Below are positions 56,740 through 64,000 of a stretch of DNA of 64,000 nt, in pieces. The translations under genes were made by a program, and so were the position numbers. How positions within the stretch are numbered: position 1 is the first letter of the stretch; every line of letters starts with the position of its first letter. The notes below the pieces were generated by a model, which worked only from the letters and a program-made list of their open reading frames with translations, was not told the origin of the DNA and did no database searches. The DNA comes from Candidatus Daviesbacteria bacterium GW2011_GWA1_41_61 (lineage in GTDB: Bacteria > Patescibacteriota > Microgenomatia > Daviesbacterales > UBA10151): the NCBI GenBank assembly GCA_000997385.1, contig LCBT01000001.1, positions 49,707-113,706 on the forward strand. Reading direction: 5' to 3'.

Positions 56740-57386
56740 TGAAAAAGCCTGGCTCGGCCCAGCTTATAATGAAGATCTTTTAACTGTCTTTCCCCAATCA
56801 CCTTGGCCGGAACCCCACCCACAATGGCAAAATCTGGTACATCTTTGGTGACCACTGCCCCGGCAGCGATTATTGCCCCGAAACCCACTTTTACCCCCGG
56901 CAGGATAATAGATTTGGGGCCAATAAATACATAATCGCCAATTTCAACGGGTGCATTAATAGGCTGAAAATCCTCAGTATTAATATCATGTTCTGAGTTA
57001 TAAATCATCACCTCAGAAGCAATGTCAGTATAGTTACCAATCTTTAATCTTTCCCGGCCATCCAGAAAAGCATTTTGGCCCACAATGGTTCCTTCCCCAA
57101 TTTCCACCCCAGCTGGATTAAAAAACTGCGTCCCAATATGCAGATGGGATTTTTTACCAATCTTTACCCCAGCCAAACGGTAAAAAAACCATCTAATAGT
57201 ATAAATAGGAATAATACCAACTAAGCGAAGAAAGAGTAGCTCAAAATCTAAAAAGTAGTTATAAAAACGGTCAATAATCTTTCTTACAGCAGTAGTCAAA
57301 TCTAAAGATCTTCCCATTCTATCCTTAAAAACAATAGTAGGAATCCCTTTATTCAACCTTATTTGAACATTATCTGAAAACAACAT
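56736..57386 (-). CDS. LbH acetyltransferase (WcaF/Maa-like)
   Basis: [33 protein letters not shown]. Confidence 0.9.
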   Translation of the reverse strand: MLFSDNVQIRLNKGIPTIVFKDRMGRSLDLTTAVRKIIDRFYNYFLDFELLFLRLVGIIPIYTIRWFFYRLAGVKIGKKSHLHIGTQFFNPAGVEIGEGTIVGQNAFLDGRERLKIGNYTDIASEVMIYNSEHDINTEDFQPINAPVEIGDYVFIGPKSIILPGVKVGFGAIIAAGAVVTKDVPDFAIVGGVPAKVIGERQLKDLHYKLGRARLFQ

Positions 57387-57395
57387 CTGGATTAA

Positions 57396-58307
57396 TTATA
57401 CTTGAGTTTGGTTAAAAATACTAAATACTTCCTCATCTGTTAATTTTGCCTGAGCCTTTTCTATTTTCCTTTTGGATAAAATTTGTGGTAGCCTTTTTAA
57501 AGCTGATAAAAAGATTTTACTGTATCCTGGATGCTTCAGTAATCTAAGCACTAAGGTCTTTTGATGATCTGAAATTAACTTTTGACTGGTAATATTTTTC
57601 CAAGTAAAGATCAAAAGGTTTCTTTCAGCAGTTTGAGATACTATTTTTTGAGAATAATTTGTTTCAATTACTCCTGGCTCTTTATAATGTTCCACTAAAC
57701 TTTTGGGTTCCCAAAGATTGATATAGCCTCTTTTCCAGGCTCTATAGCCCAAATCTAGGTCTTCCAAATAGAAAGGATCATAGAGAGTATCTAAACCTCC
57801 CATCTCATCCCATAAACTCTTACGGAATACTCCACTCCCCCCTGAAACCCACAAAGTTATATGCGCTTTAGCCTCACAGGTGGACGTCTTTCGTGCCTGA
57901 TCGTGCCAGAAGAAGCCATCATGAAAAGTAGCTGTGGCCCAAAGCCCTCCGGTGTTACAACCGACGCTAAAAACCTTAGGATCATCAAAGTGAGATAAAA
58001 TTGGCTTAAGAAAATCTTTTGAAGGGGCAGCATCAGTATTAAAAAGTACTATCAAATCACCCTTGGCCTCCCTTACCCCCTTATCAACATTAGAAGAAAA
58101 ACCTAAATTCCTTTCAATCTTACTTTCTAAAACCACCACCTCTTTGAACTGGGATTTTACAATTTTTAGACTATCATCGGTAGAGGCATCATCTGACATA
58201 ATTATTTCCTCTACCTGGCTAAATTTTGTTGCCTTAAGTACCCTGGGTAAATTTCTTTGCAGCTTTTCTGCACCATTCCAATTAGGAATTACTATTGATA
58301 TTTTCAT
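57396..58307 (-). CDS. Glycosyltransferase family 2
   Basis: ISIVIPNWNG, DDASTD, NLGF, YLEDLDL; start corrected. Confidence 0.9.
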   Translation of the reverse strand: MKISIVIPNWNGAEKLQRNLPRVLKATKFSQVEEIIMSDDASTDDSLKIVKSQFKEVVVLESKIERNLGFSSNVDKGVREAKGDLIVLFNTDAAPSKDFLKPILSHFDDPKVFSVGCNTGGLWATATFHDGFFWHDQARKTSTCEAKAHITLWVSGGSGVFRKSLWDEMGGLDTLYDPFYLEDLDLGYRAWKRGYINLWEPKSLVEHYKEPGVIETNYSQKIVSQTAERNLLIFTWKNITSQKLISDHQKTLVLRLLKHPGYSKIFLSALKRLPQILSKRKIEKAQAKLTDEEVFSIFNQTQV

Positions 58308-58308
58308 T

Positions 58309-59451
58309 TTAATTATTCGCGACTTCTTCAAATACCTTTAAAACCTGTCTGGCCATCTTCTCCCAAGAAAATTTTTTGGCCTGTCGAAGCCCCTCTTTAG
58401 ATTTTTCCATTCTCAACCTTTTATCAAAAGCTAAAACCCGGATAGATTGCTCTATCTGCTCTGTATTATAAGGATCAACTAAAATCCCGGCTGAGCCCAC
58501 AACCTCGGGCAAAGATGAAACATTAGAAACAATCACCGGAGTACCACAGGCCATGGACTCTAAAGCCGGAATCCCAAAGCCCTCCCACAAAGAAGGAAGG
58601 AGAAAAACTTGGGCTCCACCAATTAGATAAGGCAAATCTTCATCAGGCACAAAACCTGTAAAAACTACTTTCTCTTCAATCCCCAACTCTTTAGGTTTTC
58701 TTAAAATCTCTTCAAACATCCAAGCCTGTCTTCCTAAACCAGTGGTTTTTCCCACTACCACCAGCTTTAATTGATCAATATTTTTGAAAGCTTCAATCAA
58801 ACGGACTAAATTTTTCCGGGGTTGAACTGTACCAATAAAAATAGCGTAATTACCGATAATTTTATATTTGTCTTTAATCTGATCAATCTGGGCTTTATTT
58901 TTAAAATGGTGGAAACTGGCTGAGTTGTAGCCTGGATAAGCAATGGTAATTTTATCTTTATTAATACCATAATATTTAATGATATCATCCCGGGAGGATT
59001 TAGATATGGTAATAATACGATCGGCTTGCATCAGTGATATCTTAGTCCAAAGTCGCATCTGATAAAGATCCTGGGGCTTAAAAAACTGCGGAAAACGCAA
59101 ATAGGCAAGGTCAAAGATCATCATCACCCTGGGAACTGGAGACACCACCGGAGCATAGTGGGTAGGAGAAAAAAAGAGGTTAGGTTTCTCCTTAGCCGTA
59201 AAAAGTATCCAGGGCAAAACGAGATATGTTTTAAACTTGTTAAATTTTAATATTTTATATTTCCAGCCAGGTCTCTCTTTAGGCAAGTCATCCATAGGAG
59301 GACCGGCTAAAATAACGGTGTAGTTATTTTTCTGATCAATCTTCTCCAGATTTCTTAACAGCTCAAAAGCTACCTGAGATGAACCCAATCTTTGAGGAAC
59401 ATTTGCTTCATATCCGTCAATCCAAATTTTTAAATTAGCCAGTTGGGACAT
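58309..59451 (-). CDS. Glycosyltransferase family 4
   Basis: GTVQPRKN, EGFGIPALESM. Confidence 0.92.
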   Translation of the reverse strand: MSQLANLKIWIDGYEANVPQRLGSSQVAFELLRNLEKIDQKNNYTVILAGPPMDDLPKERPGWKYKILKFNKFKTYLVLPWILFTAKEKPNLFFSPTHYAPVVSPVPRVMMIFDLAYLRFPQFFKPQDLYQMRLWTKISLMQADRIITISKSSRDDIIKYYGINKDKITIAYPGYNSASFHHFKNKAQIDQIKDKYKIIGNYAIFIGTVQPRKNLVRLIEAFKNIDQLKLVVVGKTTGLGRQAWMFEEILRKPKELGIEEKVVFTGFVPDEDLPYLIGGAQVFLLPSLWEGFGIPALESMACGTPVIVSNVSSLPEVVGSAGILVDPYNTEQIEQSIRVLAFDKRLRMEKSKEGLRQAKKFSWEKMARQVLKVFEEVANN

Positions 59452-59471
59452 ACTTAATAATATTATTTAGA

Positions 59472-60485
59472 TTATCTAACCAAATCCCTATAAACAGAAG
59501 CTGTCTGATGAGCACATCTTTTCCAGGAAAACTTTTTAACCTGCTGAAAACCTTTATCAATCATATCATCTCTTATCTGTTTGTCATTCATTGCTGCCTT
59601 CAGCTTCTTTTTTATATCCTCAACATCCTCCGGGTCAACATAAAAGGCAGCCTCTCCTCCCACTTCCGGCATACTGGATAGATTAGAAGTAATTACCGCT
59701 GTTCCGCAAGCCATAGCTTCCAAGATCGGCAAACCGAAACCCTCATAAAAAGATGGATAGAGTAACACTTTGGCAGCTGAATATAAAAGCGGCATCTGAT
59801 CATCAGACAAGTAGGGTAAATCCTGGCCACTAATAACCAGATTGTACTCTTTAGCTGCTTCTTTTACCCTTTCTAAATTTCTTCTTTCCCCTACTCCGCC
59901 AATAGCTAAAACAAATTCCTTGGGCAGATGATACTTACTTCTAAACTCCTTTATTTCTTTTTCATTTTGAGGCTGGAAATGTTCTCCTGCTGCCTCGTAA
60001 ACGACGATTATCTTCTCATTTGGGATCTGAGAAATTTCCATCAAATCTTTTTTGGTGGCTTCAGAAACCGTAATGACAATATCAATTTCTTTTTCTACCA
60101 GTTGCAACCTTCTTTTATGAACTGCTACAACTTTAGGATGGGACCACTGAGGATATTTTAAAGGAATGACATCATGATAAGTAGTAACCTTTTTAGCTTT
60201 GGTTTTGGGCTGCAGCCAGTCGCTGCTGTGAAAGATATCTAAAGGACCAATAAACTTTTCGATAGGGATAACTCTTAACCGGTTAAATAAAATCTCAGCC
60301 AGCGTGGGAGGAATTTTAAAAGACTTTACTCCTTTCAAATTACCTTTATAGCTCTTGCGTAAAGAGGTATAAAAAAAGACCATCTGAAGATCGGCAAGGC
60401 TACTCAACTCCTGGGCTAAATTCTTAGTATAAGTTGCCACCCCTCCGTGGTGAGCTGTTTGGGAGATATCAAATCCAACCTTCAT
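59472..60485 (-). CDS. Glycosyltransferase family 4
   Basis: TYHD, EGFGLPILEAM, FSW. Confidence 0.92.
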   Translation of the reverse strand: MKVGFDISQTAHHGGVATYTKNLAQELSSLADLQMVFFYTSLRKSYKGNLKGVKSFKIPPTLAEILFNRLRVIPIEKFIGPLDIFHSSDWLQPKTKAKKVTTYHDVIPLKYPQWSHPKVVAVHKRRLQLVEKEIDIVITVSEATKKDLMEISQIPNEKIIVVYEAAGEHFQPQNEKEIKEFRSKYHLPKEFVLAIGGVGERRNLERVKEAAKEYNLVISGQDLPYLSDDQMPLLYSAAKVLLYPSFYEGFGLPILEAMACGTAVITSNLSSMPEVGGEAAFYVDPEDVEDIKKKLKAAMNDKQIRDDMIDKGFQQVKKFSWKRCAHQTASVYRDLVR

Positions 60486-60499
60486 CTAATCTAATTGTA

Positions 60500-62023
60500 T
60501 CAGAATTTAAAGTTGTAGAAATCCAGTTGATCTTTTTGATCTTTGGTTAAAGTGGGTACCTTTTCTTTTAAAACCATCAATTTTGTCTCTTGGCCATCTC
60601 TGGTTAATTTGACATACCTTAGGAAATACTCTTCTAAACCAAAATACCCCCATTTACAATCACAATATAAATAAGTAGGTGGGGTTTGGGCAAAAATTTG
60701 ATATAAGGGATCTCTAATCTGGGGTACTTTGCTCATCCAGGCATAGTAGTTAACCATTACCGAAGCGTGATCAATATCCGCCTGCCAATAAATCAGCCAT
60801 TCATCTGGTACCACCATTAACTTTTCCCCGGGGGTTTTCATGATTTTAACAGCTTGGCCAAAATCAGTCTGCCGGGAATAGTTAATATAAAAATCTTTAT
60901 TAATATCATAAGTTGCAAACAAAGATCCTTGAGCTTCTTTTACCGTAACCGACAAAGCTCCTATTAATAAAATCGTACCTGAAAGCTGCCACCGCCTTAC
61001 CTGATAACTTTTCCAGACAATAAAAGTAGTTATCGCTGCCATTAATATTAAAGAAGCAAACCAGGGGAGGAGATGAAAACCGGAATAAGTTTGCTGGCCA
61101 GGCATAACGTATCTTATATTAATCAGGCCCAAAGCTAAAAACATCAAAATTACTAACTTCCATTGTTTTTTTGTCAACATTAAACCCCAATTTAAAATTA
61201 ACAGCCCGGATAGAAATTGAGTTACTTGTAAAGTAGCGCTTCTTCCTTCCCAGGATAGTAGAGACAAAAAAGGGGTAAAAAAAGCTGCCAGAGCAGTTTG
61301 AGTTAAAGGTGGCTGACCAGACAGCGGGATATAATATTTAAAATTAATATAGAAAACATCATTAAAATAGGCGGCGGGAGTCATAAAAAGTAAACTTACT
61401 GCTAAAAGCGGTAAAGACCCTAAAAAAAATGGTAACAAGTCTGAAATCAAAAGCTTCTTTTGCCACAAAAGCATCCCGAAAAGAAAGATCGTCGCTGGCC
61501 AGAGCGGGGCAAGGAGTAACCAAGTTAGTATAAAACAAAAACCTAAAAATACGCTTTCATATTTTGTCGGCGGATGATGGGATAAGAAAGCCCAACTTAA
61601 AAGATAAACTAAAGGATAAACTACCAAAGATTCTGATAAAAAAAGATTTCCCAAAAGAAAAATTTTCAGCGGTTCAAAAATTATTACCGTCAGCAGCATG
61701 GGTAAACCAAATCTTGCCACTAAAAAGATTGACCAGGCTGCAGCCCAAAAAATTACTGCCTCACGGTGCCTTTTAATTAGTAAAAAGATCGAGTTTGGTG
61801 AAGTTAACTTTTGCACCCCGGCGCTAAAAACATAAGATAAGGGTTGATGGTGGGAAAACAGATCTTCATATAATTTTTCTCCCTGCAGCAGATATTTCCC
61901 CAACACTAGGTTGTCCTCCTCGTCTACAAAGTGGAAAGATAAAGCCTGGTTTTGATAAGAGCGTGAGGTAATAAGTAAGACTACTAAAGTAGCTAAGATG
62001 ATTAAAATTTTATGGACATTCAT
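60500..62023 (-). CDS. Multi-TM protein, probable GT-C glycosyltransferase
   Basis: FVDEED after the first TM, LY.DLFSHHQP, many TMs. Confidence 0.7.
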   Translation of the reverse strand: MNVHKILIILATLVVLLITSRSYQNQALSFHFVDEEDNLVLGKYLLQGEKLYEDLFSHHQPLSYVFSAGVQKLTSPNSIFLLIKRHREAVIFWAAAWSIFLVARFGLPMLLTVIIFEPLKIFLLGNLFLSESLVVYPLVYLLSWAFLSHHPPTKYESVFLGFCFILTWLLLAPLWPATIFLFGMLLWQKKLLISDLLPFFLGSLPLLAVSLLFMTPAAYFNDVFYINFKYYIPLSGQPPLTQTALAAFFTPFLSLLSWEGRSATLQVTQFLSGLLILNWGLMLTKKQWKLVILMFLALGLINIRYVMPGQQTYSGFHLLPWFASLILMAAITTFIVWKSYQVRRWQLSGTILLIGALSVTVKEAQGSLFATYDINKDFYINYSRQTDFGQAVKIMKTPGEKLMVVPDEWLIYWQADIDHASVMVNYYAWMSKVPQIRDPLYQIFAQTPPTYLYCDCKWGYFGLEEYFLRYVKLTRDGQETKLMVLKEKVPTLTKDQKDQLDFYNFKF

Positions 62024-63435
62024 CGCTCTAAAAGTTTAATTAAGCCCACCCCGTAAAAATTATAGACATCTGATATCTTCCATCCCAAATTCGCCAACTT
62101 TTTTTCCAACAGCCTTTGAGGATCAGTTATCTCAACTAAATATTCAAAGACATAGACTTGCTCCTTATCAATTAAAATTTTTTCCAAATCGACCACATCA
62201 TCATCAGTCTTCGCTTCCACTCTTTTTAAACCGGGATAAGAGTTAGCTAAGTTCGGCTGATAGTATAAATAAGGGAATTTCACATGGTTATCTTCAAATA
62301 ACACCACAGATCTTTCATTTAACCTTTGATTTAAAAAATTAGCTGCCCCTCTCCAATCTTCCCTTTGAAACTGAGGGTTAGTGTAATAAATGCTTAAAAA
62401 AATTAAACTGCTTAAAACTACCACCCCTAAAGCCAACCTAAAAAATTGCAAGGGTAAAGAAAATATACCCCGAGCAATTAGCAGGTAAAAGGCTGGCAAA
62501 ATAAAGATCATTCTAAAATAAGAAAGCATGGGGATAAAAGGTGAAATTAACACTGCCAAAACTATTGGGATGATCATCCAGGCCGTTAAAAACTTAATGG
62601 TCTTGTCAGTTTTTCTAAAGGAAAGCCATAATATTACTCCATAAAAAAAGGCCATTAAGATAGAGATGCCACCATAAACAATTTTGTTATCAAAACTAAT
62701 CCTGCCAAAAACAGTCTTTATAAAAACTAAAGCTAGATTTTTCAGATCTGCTCCACCAGCTACTCTCTTCCAACCCGGCAAGTTTAAGGCAGCCTCCTTT
62801 CCTTCCAAAAACTGTTGGAAAAAAACTGTTAGCCACGGTGAGAAAATTAAAAAGGAAAGACTCAAAGAAAGCAGCCATTTTTTTAAGATCTTAGATCTAA
62901 TCCATAGTAGAAAAATTAGATGGGCTGGAAAAATTAAATAAGTTACATAATCAGAAGATAGAACCAACAGAGAACTGAAGGTATATCCGACAGTCGACCA
63001 TTTTTTATTATTTACAAGTTGGAGCAAAAAATAAGATAAAACAGCCACACTAAAAGCTGACAAAGAATACATTCTAGCTTCCTGAGAATAATAAACATGC
63101 AATGGAGCTGAAGCTAAAAAGAAAGCTGCCAAAAGAGCAACATTTTTAGAAAAAAGCTCTTTTCCTAAAAGGTAGGTTAAAAAAACTGTCCCTATTCCCA
63201 GCAGGATCGAAGGAAGTCTGACTACAGCTTCAGAAAAGCCAAAAAGATGAGACCAGACCCAAAGTAAAATAAAAAAACCCGGAGGATGATAATCACCAAT
63301 AGGATACTTGGTGATAAAAGAGACAAAATCCAGCATCTTGGCTGCCACGACATTATCAGCCTCATCCAGCCATAAAGATTGATTAATCGTAATCAGCCTT
63401 AGAATTAGGGCAATCGTTAAAACTATCCAAATCAT
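62020..63435 (-). CDS. GT-C (PMT/GT39-like) membrane glycosyltransferase
   Basis: SLWLDE, HPP, RLPS, YSQEARMY, REDWR. Confidence 0.88.
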   Translation of the reverse strand: MIWIVLTIALILRLITINQSLWLDEADNVVAAKMLDFVSFITKYPIGDYHPPGFFILLWVWSHLFGFSEAVVRLPSILLGIGTVFLTYLLGKELFSKNVALLAAFFLASAPLHVYYSQEARMYSLSAFSVAVLSYFLLQLVNNKKWSTVGYTFSSLLVLSSDYVTYLIFPAHLIFLLWIRSKILKKWLLSLSLSFLIFSPWLTVFFQQFLEGKEAALNLPGWKRVAGGADLKNLALVFIKTVFGRISFDNKIVYGGISILMAFFYGVILWLSFRKTDKTIKFLTAWMIIPIVLAVLISPFIPMLSYFRMIFILPAFYLLIARGIFSLPLQFFRLALGVVVLSSLIFLSIYYTNPQFQREDWRGAANFLNQRLNERSVVLFEDNHVKFPYLYYQPNLANSYPGLKRVEAKTDDDVVDLEKILIDKEQVYVFEYLVEITDPQRLLEKKLANLGWKISDVYNFYGVGLIKLLER

Positions 63436-64000
63436 CGGTATTTTTGTTCACCTAAAAAAGACTTAAGAAGAGAAATTTCTATGGCTAAATCATAGACCAT
63501 CTTAAAAATAAAAAAATGCCATAAAGTAAACTTAACACTTTTATAAACGCCATAAAATAAAGACAAAGGGAAGCTATAACGGATTAAAACTACCAGTCTC
63601 ATCCAATTTTCGTTGCTGATTTTCCTTTTTTTAAATTCGCTTTTGCCAATCCATCTGGCTTGCCGGTAAATCTCTGTCAAGCTTTCCGGGTTGCGGTGAT
63701 AGAAAACCGCCCCCGGGGCCAAAACAGCTAAAACCCCCAGCTTATCGGCTAATGTATGATCGTCAACATAACCAATTGTTTCAAACCCGTCAACTTTAGC
63801 AAATTCCTTTTTTAAAATAGCCCGGAAAACAGTTTGTCTGGCAGGATAATTTTTAGGGTGCATTCTATCTTCAGGTAAATTACGGTTGATATTCCAGCAT
63901 TTACTCCAAACATTGTCCTTATTTAAAACATATTCTTCTTTACTAAATGTACCGATAGTATTCCCTTCCCTAATGGGTCCTATTAATCGTTCAATAAATT
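63432..64000 (-). CDS. Glycosyltransferase family 2, C-terminal part (5' end outside window)
   Basis: The frame extends upstream of ORF 63863 to the window edge; GF...GYVDD, HRNP and QARW motifs. Confidence 0.7.
   Translation of the reverse strand, partial: FIERLIGPIREGNTIGTFSKEEYVLNKDNVWSKCWNINRNLPEDRMHPKNYPARQTVFRAILKKEFAKVDGFETIGYVDDHTLADKLGVLAVLAPGAVFYHRNPESLTEIYRQARWIGKSEFKKRKISNENWMRLVVLIRYSFPLSLFYGVYKSVKFTLWHFFIFKMVYDLAIEISLLKSFLGEQKYR

Noticed and set aside
19830-62941. Numerous short ORFs overlapping core genes (e.g. 25450, 25774, 36304, 37022, 39476, 54273, 55813)
   Set aside because: These are antisense or alternate-frame shadows of confidently identified genes.
1-64000. Alternative genetic code (TGA=Gly) or intron-containing tRNAs
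   Set aside because: TGA terminates conserved genes (e.g. murG, ftsA, murF) and long ORFs are intact under code 11; all four tRNAs are uninterrupted.

Overview
This is an AT-rich bacterial chromosome segment using standard code 11. Gene content and compact architecture suggest a Patescibacteria/CPR (Microgenomates-like) genome; this is an inference. 1-18.8 kb is an accessory-rich zone with four tRNA genes (Asp-GTC, Gly-CCC, Thr-CGT, Val-CAC), PolX, LysM, hydrolase and dehydrogenase genes, and several tRNA-anchored islands. 18.8-43.8 kb is core: lepB, parB, rpmA, rplU, rodA, ileS, a dcw cluster from mraZ to ftsZ, glyQS, recO and a DUF4012-like gene. 43.8-64 kb is a large surface-glycan locus with an inverted rsmH inside. 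The most striking unannotated structure is a family of four homologous ~30-40-codon cryptic 'tails' (consensus xGxxGxx[LFC]xH[LF]xxxxIxQ[YF]xxL). Three of them start at a short direct repeat of a tRNA 3' end; the fourth has a degenerate core. At tRNA-Val the tail is in frame with a probable recombinase C-terminal remnant 7.2 kb away, so excision would swap that protein's C-terminus. At tRNA-Asp three tails delimit a tandem stack of 1-1.6 kb recombinase-free cargo cassettes. Also found: an unusual NDK/HprK-like/GT/Nudix/acetyltransferase cargo cluster, a candidate ~92-nt structured ncRNA, in-frame palindromic insertions in PolX and IleS, a structured rplU-rpmA spacer and widespread leaderless-type promoters.
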